Below the pieces are notes generated by a model that had not been told where the DNA came from, searched no databases, and saw nothing but the letters and a program-made list of their open reading frames with translations. A stretch of DNA of 64,000 nt, taken from Candidatus Stramentimicrobium fermentans (GTDB lineage Bacteria; Atribacterota; Phoenicimicrobiia; Phoenicimicrobiales; Stramentimicrobiaceae). Location of the stretch: NCBI GenBank assembly GCA_012520575.1, contig JAAYOB010000018.1:1505-65504 (forward strand). Reading direction: 5' to 3'. A program made the translations under genes and the position numbers. Positions within the stretch are counted from its first letter, which is position 1, and each line of letters opens with the position of its first letter. Positions 50,960 through 61,138 of this stretch are shown one piece after another.

Positions 50960-51743
50960 TCTATTCAGAAGGTTTTTCCTAGCATTATCCTTTTTGACTA
51001 CCCTGCCATTTTCATCTCTCATTACTAAACAAGAAACAAAAGCTCCGGAAGATATTGATGCTGATTTGTCAAAATCAAGTACCTTCTTTCCGTTGATTGG
51101 ATTTTTACTAGGAGCGATTCTATTTATCTTTAATAAGTTCTTAGAATATACTGATATACTCCCACAATTATCAACCGGACTTACCCTCGTCCTATGGGTA
51201 CTTCTAAGCGGGGGATTGCACTTAGAAGGCCTTGCCGATATGGTGGATGGTTTTTCCGGTGGAACAAACAAAGATGAAATTCTACGTATTATGAAAGATG
51301 GCTCTGTCGGTGCCAAAGGAGCCATTAGTTTAATTCTGACACTACTTTTAAAATACCTGCTCCTTTATAGTTTGACTGGTGATATCAAAGGTAAAGCACT
51401 ACTGCTTTCCCCTGTGTTGGGAAGATGGGCTATGGTTTTAATGGGTTATTTTGGCAAACCCGCTTCCTCTAGTAATACCCTGACCAGAATGTTTGTCCAA
51501 TATTTAGAGAAAAAAGAACTGCTAATTGCTACTTTTTTTGCCGTTTGTCCGGTTTTATTCATTTTGCCTGTACGTTTTATTCCTCCCGGGTCACTATTAT
51601 GGTTTATAATCGGAGTCCTCGTAGCCTTCCTGCTCGTTTTTTCTAATAAAAAGATAGGAGGCATCTGCGGTGATATTATCGGCGCTGCCAACGAACTTGC
51701 CGAACTTGCTGTCTTATTCTTTTTTCTCTTAATCTTAAGGTAA
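50952..51743 (+). CDS. cobS: Adenosylcobinamide-GDP ribazoletransferase (cobalamin synthase)
   Basis: 263 aa multi-TM protein overlapping cobU; LTTLP N-terminal motif. Confidence 0.75.
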   Translation: MNNLFRRFFLALSFLTTLPFSSLITKQETKAPEDIDADLSKSSTFFPLIGFLLGAILFIFNKFLEYTDILPQLSTGLTLVLWVLLSGGLHLEGLADMVDGFSGGTNKDEILRIMKDGSVGAKGAISLILTLLLKYLLLYSLTGDIKGKALLLSPVLGRWAMVLMGYFGKPASSSNTLTRMFVQYLEKKELLIATFFAVCPVLFILPVRFIPPGSLLWFIIGVLVAFLLVFSNKKIGGICGDIIGAANELAELAVLFFFLLILR

Positions 51744-51893
51744 ATTGCGCATAAGGGGTATAACAGGTTATCGGTTTAAATTTTTTACAGCTGAGTCACA
51801 AACTAAGATCTTTCCTCTTTTTAGTTTCAGATTATAGCCATTGGTGTATACTGTTAATTTTTAATTGTCAATTAAAAATTGTAAAAAAATTGT

Positions 51894-51922
51894 TTGACAT
51901 TCAAATTTGTTAATGGTAATAT
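51894..51922 (+). promoter_or_regulatory. Sigma-70 type promoter (TTGACA, 17 nt spacer, TAATAT)
   Basis: Consensus -35 and near-consensus -10 with 17-nt spacing in the cobS-arcC intergenic region. Confidence 0.55.
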
Positions 51923-51927
51923 TTTTT

Positions 51928-52075
51928 TGAAAAATATCTTTAATTTAGTCCAGAGAGGCTAGAAAGGCAACTAAAAGTTTTGAATACTTTTGCTAACATC
52001 TTGCTATACCTGAGCATAAAAATAGAAAATGAGTTAAATGGAGATCTTCCCCGTTTTTCGGGGGAGATTTTTTTA
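51928..52075 (+). ncRNA. Candidate small RNA (about 150 nt) bounded by the promoter at 51894 and an intrinsic terminator; no plausible ORF
   Basis: Promoter, then about 115 nt, then a strong terminator hairpin with U-run. The only ORFs inside are 2 and 14 codons. The downstream arcC start is a further 200 nt away. Confidence 0.3.
52042..52075 (+). terminator. Rho-independent terminator (agatcttccccg-ttttt-cgggggagat, then TTTTTTTAT)
   Basis: 10-12 bp GC-rich stem immediately followed by a 7-T run. Confidence 0.7.
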
Positions 52076-52275
52076 TATCTGAATAATAACTTAAAGGATG
52101 AGGAAAATGATTATTGATAAATTTTATGAGGAGTTTTATAGAGCCCGGCTTATGTAGAGTTTTATTTTCTTACAAGTTGTTGCCGGATATTTATTGTTTT
52201 TTTGCTTATCTCTATTAAAGGGTTTATGGATATATTTAAGATAGTTAAATAAAAAGTAAGGAGAATAAACAAAAA

Positions 52276-53244
52276 ATGGCCAATACCATATTAATCGCGC
52301 TGGGTGGCAATGCTATCAAACAAGCAGATGAAAAAGGTACTACAGAAGAACAATTCAAAAACTGTCGGGAGACAACAGGGCATATTGCAAATATCATTCA
52401 ATATCTTGCTCCGGAAGACCGTTTAATTATTACACACGGCAATGGTCCACAAGTGGGTAATCTTATGGTTCAGCAGAAAGCCGCCCAGAATATAGTGCCG
52501 GCACACCCAATGGATGTAGTAGGTGCCATGACTCAGGGGCAAATAGGCTATATGCTGCAACAGACATTGATGAATCATTTAAATGAAAAGAATATAAAAA
52601 AACCGGTCTGTGTTTTATTGAACCAGGTGTTGGTAGACAGCAATGATCCGGAATTTATAGGAGAAAATGCCTCTAAGCCGGTTGGTAATTTCCTAACAAA
52701 AGAAGAGGTCCAGGAATTAAAAATTAAGCACCCCGAATATATTGTTAAAAAAGTAAAACCCAATGACGAGCGCTGTTGGAGAAGGGTAGTCCCTTCTCCT
52801 GACCCTATTGCCAATTTGGATGGAGAGGTAATTAATAAATTAGTTGATGCCGGTGTTGTTGTAATTACCTCCGGTGGAGGAGGGATACCGGTATTGGAGA
52901 ATGGAAAGGGACAATTAAAAGGGATAGAAGCGGTTATTGACAAAGATTTGGCCGGAGAAAGGTTGGCTAAGATTGTGGGAGCAAATATTATGTTTGTACT
53001 TACCGATGTAGAAAAAGCCAAGATTAATTACGGTAAAGCTGATGAACAAGATTTAGGGAAAATAAGCTATGATGTAGCGAAAAAGTATTATGATGAAGGT
53101 CAATTCTTAGCGGGGAGTATGGGTCCTAAAGTGAAAGCCTGCCTAAGATTCCTGGAAAATGGCGGAGAGAAAGCCATTATATCCTCTTTAGATAAAGTGG
53201 TAGAAGCTTATCGTGGTGAAACGGGTACTATTATTGCGAAATAG
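52276..53244 (+). CDS. arcC: Carbamate kinase
   Basis: ALGGNAI N-terminus and HGNGPQVG motif, 322 aa. Confidence 0.85.
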   Translation: MANTILIALGGNAIKQADEKGTTEEQFKNCRETTGHIANIIQYLAPEDRLIITHGNGPQVGNLMVQQKAAQNIVPAHPMDVVGAMTQGQIGYMLQQTLMNHLNEKNIKKPVCVLLNQVLVDSNDPEFIGENASKPVGNFLTKEEVQELKIKHPEYIVKKVKPNDERCWRRVVPSPDPIANLDGEVINKLVDAGVVVITSGGGGIPVLENGKGQLKGIEAVIDKDLAGERLAKIVGANIMFVLTDVEKAKINYGKADEQDLGKISYDVAKKYYDEGQFLAGSMGPKVKACLRFLENGGEKAIISSLDKVVEAYRGETGTIIAK

Positions 53245-53294
53245 ATAAATATAATTTATATAGAATCCAGAATACTTTAAAGGAGCTTTAAACT

Positions 53295-54218
53295 ATGTTA
53301 CGGGGAAAAGACATTTTAAGCATGGTCCAGTTTTCCAAGCAAGAGCTTAACCTCATTATGAATACCGCAGCCAGTTATGAGCGCAGAGTTAAGAACAATG
53401 ATTATATTGACGATATGGATGGGCAAGTCGTCGCTTGCCTCTTTTTTGAACCAAGCACCAGAACACGTCTTTCTTTTGAATCGGCTGCTAACAGATTAGA
53501 TGCCAGGGTAATTAATGTGATTGGAGCAGACAGTTCTTCTACCGCTAAAGGAGAAAGCTTAGAGGATACTATTAGAGTAGTAGATGGTTATATTGATGTT
53601 ATTGTAATACGCCATTCTATAATCGGCTCTGCTCAAATCGCTGCCGATAATGCTGTCCATCCGGTTATCAATGCGGGTGACGGAAGTAATCAACATCCTA
53701 CTCAATCCCTCGTTGATATCTATACAATTCGTAAAGAAAAAGGCACCTTAAACGGACACACTGTTACCTTTTTAGGAGATTTAAAATATGGCAGAACCGT
53801 CCACTCCCTAGGCTATTTCATGACCCTTTACGGTAATAAGATGATATTTGTTTCACCTAAAGCCTTATGTATGCCTGAAGAATTGACCGCTGATTTCCGC
53901 AGTCGTGGTGCAGATATAGAAGAGACTGAAAATTTAGAAGAAGCCCTTGCTAAAAGTGACATTGTTTATGTTACCAGGATACAAAAAGAAAGATTTGCTG
54001 ACTCGGAGGAATATAATAGACTGAAAGGTAGTTATATTATAGACCGGAATACCATTGCCAGAGCCAAAAAAGGAATTACCGTTCTCCATCCGTTGCCAAG
54101 GGTTGATGAGATAGCCACCGATGTAGATGACTATGAGGGTGCTGCCTATTTCAGACAGGCCAATAATGGCATGTATGTTCGTATGGCCTTGCTTTCTTTA
54201 GTCAGTGGTAGTGTGTAA
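53295..54218 (+). CDS. pyrB: Aspartate carbamoyltransferase catalytic subunit
   Basis: STRTR, HPTQ and LHPLPRVDEIATDVD motifs. HPLP rather than HCLP distinguishes ATCase from OTCase, and the C-terminus closely matches E. coli PyrB from memory. Confidence 0.8.
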   Translation: MLRGKDILSMVQFSKQELNLIMNTAASYERRVKNNDYIDDMDGQVVACLFFEPSTRTRLSFESAANRLDARVINVIGADSSSTAKGESLEDTIRVVDGYIDVIVIRHSIIGSAQIAADNAVHPVINAGDGSNQHPTQSLVDIYTIRKEKGTLNGHTVTFLGDLKYGRTVHSLGYFMTLYGNKMIFVSPKALCMPEELTADFRSRGADIEETENLEEALAKSDIVYVTRIQKERFADSEEYNRLKGSYIIDRNTIARAKKGITVLHPLPRVDEIATDVDDYEGAAYFRQANNGMYVRMALLSLVSGSV

Positions 54219-54616
54219 TCGTAGAAAATTAAATTTAAACAAGATTAACTATCAGGCTTTTAATTATTCGTATGGTTTGGGAAGTTAGGAAAGTAGTTAA
54301 TGTTCCTATAATTAACACAGACGGCATAATATGTGTAGAAGATGCTTTGGAAATATTTTGGCTGGTAAACGCTATTCAGACAGGAAGCCAGTTTTAATAA
54401 TCCTATGGTTACATATTAAATAGCAGAGGACATTAAAAAAATATTTAGATAAAAAATTATATATCCTTAATCAAGGATACTGTTGGCATTGTCTAAGTAT
54501 TTCAAAATAAAAGAACACCATGCCTCTCACTATTTTAATATAAATACATAGTTACCAATTTTTAAAGTTTTTACATAATTAAATTGAATACCTAAACTTA
54601 TAAGGAGGAGCAGCCT

Positions 54617-55483
54617 GTGAGTTTACAGATGATTATCAATGCCATTCTGTTAGGAGGATTGTATGCTTTGATGGGAATAGGGTTTTCTTTGCAATGGGGT
54701 ATTAGCGGCATCATCAATCTTTCCTATGGGGCTATGGTAGTGCTGGGCTCGTATATATCTTTAATCATTTTTGATGTATTTAAAATTGACCCGTTTATTA
54801 GCATGTTGTTTTCCGGCTTTTTATTATTTCTGATAGGTGCATTTGCCTATAAATTCATAATCCAGCCCTCTATTAAAGGTGGCATTGTTTTTACTCTTAT
54901 TATTACCTTTGCACTCAGACTGATAGTAGAAAACTTAATACTCTATATTTGGTCTGCAGACTATCGAACTATTAGGATTAGTTATGCAGGGCGTAATTTC
55001 CAATTTTTAAATTCATTTGTTCCACTTACCAAGTTTATTACCTTTCTAATAGCAGGAATCTTAATTTACTTTACGCACTTATTTATGATGAATACCAAAA
55101 TTGGCAAAGGAATTCAGGCAGTTTCCTTAGACAAAATAGGTGCATTGGCAGTTGGGGTAGATGATAAAAAAATGTATCTGATAAATTTTGCTGTCGGAAC
55201 CGCTCTTGCCGGTATTACCGGGTCACTATGGGCAACTGTCTATAGTTTTTCTCCACATGTAATTGATGTTATTATTGGCCGAGTCTTTATTATTGCCATT
55301 TTGGGTGGTTTGGGAAATATTTGGGGTGCAGCCGCGGGAGGAATGCTTTTGGGATTTGTTGAAACCTGCGGGGCTACCTTTCTTGGGGCCCATTGGCAAG
55401 AAGCAATCGGTCTGGCAATGATGGTCTTAATTCTTCTGTTCAGACCACACGGCTTAATGGGCAAAAAATTTTTTGGGCAATAA
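54617..55483 (+). CDS. livH: Branched-chain amino acid ABC transporter permease (LivH-type)
   Basis: 288 aa, 8 TM, first permease of a livHMGF-like cluster. Confidence 0.75.
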   Translation: MSLQMIINAILLGGLYALMGIGFSLQWGISGIINLSYGAMVVLGSYISLIIFDVFKIDPFISMLFSGFLLFLIGAFAYKFIIQPSIKGGIVFTLIITFALRLIVENLILYIWSADYRTIRISYAGRNFQFLNSFVPLTKFITFLIAGILIYFTHLFMMNTKIGKGIQAVSLDKIGALAVGVDDKKMYLINFAVGTALAGITGSLWATVYSFSPHVIDVIIGRVFIIAILGGLGNIWGAAAGGMLLGFVETCGATFLGAHWQEAIGLAMMVLILLFRPHGLMGKKFFGQ

Positions 55484-55538
55484 GTAAATGTTTGATTATA
55501 GCTTTAGGTTTATCTGTTTAGAGAGGAAGTGAGAATAG

Positions 55539-56525
55539 GTGTTGGTACAAAATGATAAGAGATGTACTATGAACATAGTATGGATTGTCGTTGCTATTAT
55601 TATTTTTACAATTTTGCCTAATTTTATTTCCGGTTATTATATCCGCATACTTACCGCAATTTTCATGTATGCTGTTTTATCTCAGTGTATTAATCTGATG
55701 TCCGGTTACATGGGATACCTGCCCTTTGGACATGTGATGTTTTTTGGTATAGGTGCCTATATGACTGCTATCTTGATGAGAGGGAATCTGCCCTTTATAG
55801 TCGCTATGTTGCTAGCTTCTCTATCCGCGATAGTGGTGAGCATTATTTTGGGATTCCCTGTACTTAGACTAAGAGGGCACTATTTTGCAATTGCTACTAT
55901 CGGTATGAATGGAGCACTTATGACAGTGGTTCAGAATATCGATATTACGGGAGGGGCAAGAGGCACTACCTTTCCCATAATTATGCTTCCGCCGGGTCAG
56001 GTTTATAGCTATTTTTATTATGCCTTTTTAGCTCTGATGATTATAACCACCTTTGCCATCTATTTCATTGTTAATTCCAGATTTGGATTTGCCATTAGAA
56101 GTATTAAAGCAAATGAAGATGCAGCCAACTCTATGGGGATAAATACTACCAATACCAAAGTAGTAACCTGGGCAATCGCCGCTCTATTTACCAGTATCGC
56201 CGGAGGATTGTATGGTTACTGGATGTCCTTTATAGCACCCGATGAAGTATTTGACCTGATGTTTATTACTAATTCCATAATTATGATGCTTATTGGAGGA
56301 GCGGGAACAATTTTAGGGCCTGTCATCGGAGCTTTTATTGTTGAAACGGTATCAGAATTTGCTTGGAGTGGTTTCATGGAATACCATTTAGCAGTGCTGG
56401 GTATAATAACTATCATCATAGTCTTTTTTGTTCCGGGAGGTGTTATCGGCACTATTACTGAGAAAATTAGAGATAGAAAAATAGCTGCCAGTATAAAGTC
56501 GGAGGTAGCAGCTAATGATCGATAA
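55539..56525 (+). CDS. livM: Branched-chain amino acid ABC transporter permease (LivM-type)
   Basis: 328 aa polytopic permease following livH. Start may be the ATG at 55569. Confidence 0.75.
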   Translation: MLVQNDKRCTMNIVWIVVAIIIFTILPNFISGYYIRILTAIFMYAVLSQCINLMSGYMGYLPFGHVMFFGIGAYMTAILMRGNLPFIVAMLLASLSAIVVSIILGFPVLRLRGHYFAIATIGMNGALMTVVQNIDITGGARGTTFPIIMLPPGQVYSYFYYAFLALMIITTFAIYFIVNSRFGFAIRSIKANEDAANSMGINTTNTKVVTWAIAALFTSIAGGLYGYWMSFIAPDEVFDLMFITNSIIMMLIGGAGTILGPVIGAFIVETVSEFAWSGFMEYHLAVLGIITIIIVFFVPGGVIGTITEKIRDRKIAASIKSEVAANDR

Positions 56526-57288
56526 TAATAATGTCATATTGGATGTCAGAGCTATAAGTAGACATTTTGGTGCCTTAAAAGCTGTTGACCGGGTATCTTT
56601 CCAGGTAAGGAAGGGGGAGATTATCGGTTTGATTGGTCCCAATGGTGCCGGGAAAACCACCATAACTAATCTGGTTACCGGTGATTTAAAAAAGAATGCG
56701 GGTGAAGTCCATTATAAGGGAACCGATGTTAGCAGTATGCAGCCATTTCAGATTGCCCGTATTGGTTTAACCAGAACCTATCAGATAGTAAAACCATTAC
56801 AGGGCATGACTGTGGAAGAGAATGTTTTAGTTGGCTCCCTTTATGGTCGCGGTAATAGAATAAATGATTTAAGTAATGCACGGAAAACAGTCCATGATGT
56901 AATGGAATTAGTCGGATTGTACAAAAAGAAAGATTTCATGGTAAGTGATGTTACTCTTCCTGATTTAAAGCGTATGGAGTTTGCTCGAGTTTTAGCGATG
57001 GATCCGGAGGTGGTTTTCTTAGATGAAGTTATGGCTGGGCTTAACCCTTCTGAAGTGGAAGAATCGATGGAATTGGTGAAGAAAGTTAGAGAGGATAGAC
57101 AATTAACCATAGTCTATATTGAACACATTATGAAAGCAGTAATGGGAATTTCTGATCGAATTATTGTGTTGCACCATGGCAAAAAGATATGTGAAGGCTC
57201 TCCTCAAGAAGTTCGTGATAACCCTGCGGTTATAGAGGCTTATCTAGGTAAAAAGTATGCCAAGGAGGTTATGAAAGCAAATGAATAG
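56515..57288 (+). CDS. livG: Branched-chain amino acid ABC transporter ATP-binding protein (LivG-type)
   Basis: Walker A GPNGAGKTT; overlaps neighbouring genes as in liv operons. Confidence 0.8.
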   Translation: MIDNNNVILDVRAISRHFGALKAVDRVSFQVRKGEIIGLIGPNGAGKTTITNLVTGDLKKNAGEVHYKGTDVSSMQPFQIARIGLTRTYQIVKPLQGMTVEENVLVGSLYGRGNRINDLSNARKTVHDVMELVGLYKKKDFMVSDVTLPDLKRMEFARVLAMDPEVVFLDEVMAGLNPSEVEESMELVKKVREDRQLTIVYIEHIMKAVMGISDRIIVLHHGKKICEGSPQEVRDNPAVIEAYLGKKYAKEVMKANE

Positions 57289-58009
57289 CAACACTTTGTT
57301 AAAAACAATAGGTATTAATGCTGGTTATGGGGCTATCCAGGTATTATGGGATGTGAGTTTTGAACTGAATAAGAAAGAAATAGTTTGCTTTATTGGGACC
57401 AACGGTGCCGGTAAAACCACTTTTCTAAATAATATTGTGGGGATCTTAAAACCTTTTTGTGGTCAGATAATATACCAGAATCAGGATGTCACCCAGCTCA
57501 ATTCTCCGGAGAGAATAAAAATGGGTATTGGTTATGCACCGGAAGGAAGACACCTTTTCCTCGGTTTAACTGTTGAAGATAATCTACTGATGGGTGCTTT
57601 TCCACGGAAAGTTAATCACAGAACTCTCAAAGAAGATCTTGACTTTATATATAATTTATTCAAACCCCTTAAGGGATACCGAAAAAAATATGCCGGTAAT
57701 CTTTCCGGAGGAGAACAACAGATGTGTGCTATTGGTAGGGCACTTATGTCTAAACCGATTCTACTGATTATCGATGAATTGTCTTTGGGATTAGCCCCGG
57801 TAGTAGTAGATGATTTAATTGAAACTATTATTAGATTGAGGGACGAAGAGGGGATAACTATTTTGATAGTCGAGCAGGATGTGCAGGTAGCCCTGGATAT
57901 CGCCGATCGAGGTTATGTGTTTGAAAACGGCTCTATAGCGATGGAAGGATATTCTGAAAATTTGGCTAAAAATAAGCATATCAAGACAGCATATCTCGGT
58001 ATTGCTTAA
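57281..58009 (+). CDS. livF: Branched-chain amino acid ABC transporter ATP-binding protein (LivF-type)
   Basis: Walker A GTNGAGKTT, signature LSGGEQQM, Walker B LLIIDE. Confidence 0.8.
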   Translation: MNSNTLLKTIGINAGYGAIQVLWDVSFELNKKEIVCFIGTNGAGKTTFLNNIVGILKPFCGQIIYQNQDVTQLNSPERIKMGIGYAPEGRHLFLGLTVEDNLLMGAFPRKVNHRTLKEDLDFIYNLFKPLKGYRKKYAGNLSGGEQQMCAIGRALMSKPILLIIDELSLGLAPVVVDDLIETIIRLRDEEGITILIVEQDVQVALDIADRGYVFENGSIAMEGYSENLAKNKHIKTAYLGIA

Positions 58010-58118
58010 TATATGAATCAATTCGATTAATAGGGAGGTGATTGAATATTAAAGGTCTTATTTTTCAATAATAGTACCAAGTAAAAAGATAAAGAATAAA
58101 CGGAGGAAAGTAAAAATA

Positions 58119-59348
58119 ATGAAAAAAGCCACGGTAGTATTCTTAGTAAGCATGTTCTTGTTAGTTTCAGCTGTAGCTGTATTTGCACAGCAGTTTGATG
58201 ATATAATTAAAATTGGAGCAGCAGTCTCCCTTACCGGTAAAACAGCATATGAAGGTCAAATGGTTAAGCGGGGATATGAGGTATGGGAAAAATGGGTTAA
58301 TGAACATGGTGGAATTAAGGCTGATGGTAAAACCTATGGTGTAGAAGTTCTTTATTATGATGATGAGAGTGACCCGGTACGTTCGGCAAGACTAACGGAA
58401 AGATTGATAACCGAAGATAACGTTAATTTTTTAGCCGGACCTTATTCTAGTTCGATCACTTTTGCTACAACAGCCATCGGTGAAAAATATGGGGTTATAA
58501 CTATTGCTTCCACTGCCAACGCCAGAAATATCTATGAACGAGGGTATAAAAATGTCTTTTCAGTTCTTCCGCCGGCACCATTACTTATGGCTCCAATTGC
58601 TTATATGATGGATGAAGTGCTGGAACCCAGACCCAAGACGGTAGCTATTGTTGTAGCTAATGATTTATTTCCACTGGATGTTGCTACCGGATTTAATGAT
58701 ATCTGCACAGAACTTGGGTTTGACGTTGTGATGTTCGAAAAATACCCTCCTGGTTCTACAGACCTATCTGCCTTATTAACAAAGGTCAAAGCTCTAGATG
58801 CGGATATTTTAGCTGGCGGAGGATACACCGCTGATGCCTTGATGATTTTAAGGCAGTGCAAGGAATTAGATTACACTCCCAAAATGTTCGCCAGTATAGT
58901 GGGGGTATTTGTACCAGGCTTTTTAAAGGAAATAGGTGCTGATGGTAATTACGCAGTAGAGGGTGAATGGTGGGTACCGGCAATGAAAACCGAGGACCAC
59001 ATATTTGGGACAACTGAAAATTACTTACAAGCTTGTATAGATATGTTTGGAGATGATTTTATAGCTAACTATCAGACAGCTGCCGCTAGTGCAACCGTTA
59101 GCATCATTCAAATGGCTATTGAAAAAGCAGGAACTATTGAAACTGAACAAGTAAGAGATGCATTAAAAAGCTTTGATGTAATCGAGCTTGCTTGTTTCTC
59201 ACCGGTTGAGTTTGCTGAAAATGGAGAGAATATCCAATGGGAGCACCCGGTAATCCAAATTCAAAATGAAGTAGTGAAAGTGGTATATCCATTAAGTTCG
59301 CAAGAAAGTGCACCACTTTATCCGGCTCCAACCTGGAAAGAAAGATAA
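58119..59348 (+). CDS. Periplasmic substrate-binding protein, Leu/Ile/Val (LivJ/K) family
   Basis: Signal peptide, 409 aa type-I periplasmic binding fold, adjacent to the liv permease/ATPase genes. Confidence 0.7.
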   Translation: MKKATVVFLVSMFLLVSAVAVFAQQFDDIIKIGAAVSLTGKTAYEGQMVKRGYEVWEKWVNEHGGIKADGKTYGVEVLYYDDESDPVRSARLTERLITEDNVNFLAGPYSSSITFATTAIGEKYGVITIASTANARNIYERGYKNVFSVLPPAPLLMAPIAYMMDEVLEPRPKTVAIVVANDLFPLDVATGFNDICTELGFDVVMFEKYPPGSTDLSALLTKVKALDADILAGGGYTADALMILRQCKELDYTPKMFASIVGVFVPGFLKEIGADGNYAVEGEWWVPAMKTEDHIFGTTENYLQACIDMFGDDFIANYQTAAASATVSIIQMAIEKAGTIETEQVRDALKSFDVIELACFSPVEFAENGENIQWEHPVIQIQNEVVKVVYPLSSQESAPLYPAPTWKER

Positions 59349-59699
59349 TAAATAAAGCAATTAATCAAGGGGGTTTCCATTATTATGATTGCCCACCCCT
59401 TTGACTTATTTAACTATTTAGGGGTCTTTGAGAAATAAACCCATATTATAGACTAGAATAATGAGTATGGGTAGGAATATTTATTTATCATATTGCTATA
59501 AAAATAGGTAAGATAAAAATATTTAGTAATATTTCTATAATAATACAATACAATATTTAGTTTAATACATTTAATAGTTGACAAGAATTATCAAAATTGA
59601 CAGCATTTGGGTTTGATAAACTAATTTAGTCTAGCGATTTAAGATTGCAACTCTCAAGTAGGGGCTATGCAGTATATAATAAGAGACAAACATGTTATT

Positions 59700-60960
59700 T
59701 ACGACTCAGAAATTAATTCAAATAGAATATTAACAGATGCTACTGTTTGGCTGTTTGTGTTTTTGATGGTAAAATTGAAAGTACAGGGTTTTATGTTTTA
59801 AAATAAAAATATCCAGACAATACAATCAAGGGTAATGGTGGGCAATAATATGCCTGGTTTAATGAACGCTCATATTCATGGTGCGGTGTTATCTCCATTC
59901 CAACAAGGAGTTGTATATGATTATGCTGAGTGCAATATTATGTGCAATGCGTCATTTGTGTAATGGTTGCACTACATTACGTCACAACCAATTCAGTAAT
60001 CAAAATGGATTTTAATAATGTCAAGAAGATTTTAAACGGTTATAGCAAAGTTGGAATCAGAGTTGCTTGTTCAAGTGGAATTAGTGACTTAAATATGATT
60101 AAATATAATAATAAAGAACTTTTTAAAGCTCTCCCTCCAGAATTACAACAATACTTTAAACCAATTATATATCAGCATAAAAACCTGATACAAGAAAAGT
60201 ATTTTGAGCACTTTTACTAGTTATTTAATGAATTTAATTAAAAAAGATAGAAAAATTACTTTCGGTCCTCTCTTGGTATAGGGTGCACAGATGAATTCCT
60301 ATTAAAAATCAAAGAAGAATCAGATAAAATAGGGAAAATTCCGATACTTATACATACCTTTCAGACCTTAATTCAAAAAAACTATGATAAACAAAAATAT
60401 GGAAAATCTCTATTGTTTCATTTAAAAGGTCCGGGTTTAGTTGATAGCTCTTTAGTTTTAGGGTATGCAGTTTTTCTCAGTGGAAAAGATATTCAATTAT
60501 ATAGCGGAAAATAATGGATCTGTCACTCACCATGCAAGTTGTAATTTAGCAGTTAGAAATGGAATTCCCCGGTTTATTATTTACAAAAAGCAGGAGTAAA
60601 TGTTGCACTAGGAATAAATGATAAGGGGATTAATGATGATGAAGACTCTTTTATGGAAATGAGAGTGATTTACTATCTTCACAGAGTGGCCGGTTTCCAT
60701 TTATCTGCATCAGAAGCTTTGACACCTTTTGATATTTTGAAAGTGGCTGCCTCGAGCGCAGCAAATAGTTAATTTTAATGGTTCAATAGGTGCTCTTAAT
60801 AGGAATGAAAGCAGATCCGGCTTTATTAGGCCCCAGTCGTATTTTAGGAGATCCCTGGATGAACCCCTGTTGAATATCATTGAGATTATCATTCATAGAG
60901 CAAAGGGTTATAATGTACATTCAGTTATGGTCAGTGGTGAGCGTGTAATTGAAAATAAAA
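59700..60960 (+). pseudogene. Frameshifted/decayed amidohydrolase gene (chlorohydrolase / MtaD / SsnA-like deaminase family)
   Basis: Recognisable family fragments in three frames (VFDGKIESTG; NAHIHGAVLS metal-binding HxH; HHASCNL; VNVALGINDKGINDDEDSFMEMR), broken by stops and shifts. The longest ORF is 96 aa. Confidence 0.6.
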
Positions 60961-61138
60961 AGTTTTGATGAAATATATATCGATTCAGTATATTAAAGAA
61001 GCTAAAGGCCAAGTTAACGAAGGCAATAGCCAAGAGCAAGTTGAATATGCTGAATATCTACGGCAAATAAAGCCCTATTGCCAAGCATGGCACAATCAAT
61101 ATCTTAATAAATATACTAAATAGGAGGCAAAGATAACA

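Noticed and set aside
54219-54616. T-box leader upstream of the liv operon
   Set aside because: No AATTAGGGTGGTACCGCG-like T-box sequence or specifier-loop architecture was recognisable in the 400-bp spacer.
59930-60220. 96-aa ORF (MQYYVQCVICVMVALH...)
   Set aside because: Lies inside the decayed amidohydrolase region in a frame that does not carry the family motifs. Treated as part of the pseudogene, not an independent gene.
60990-61010. TGGCAC (sigma-54 -24-like) sequence upstream of fumarase
   Set aside because: No TTGC -12 element at the required spacing (TGGCACaatcaaTATCTT), so it was not called.
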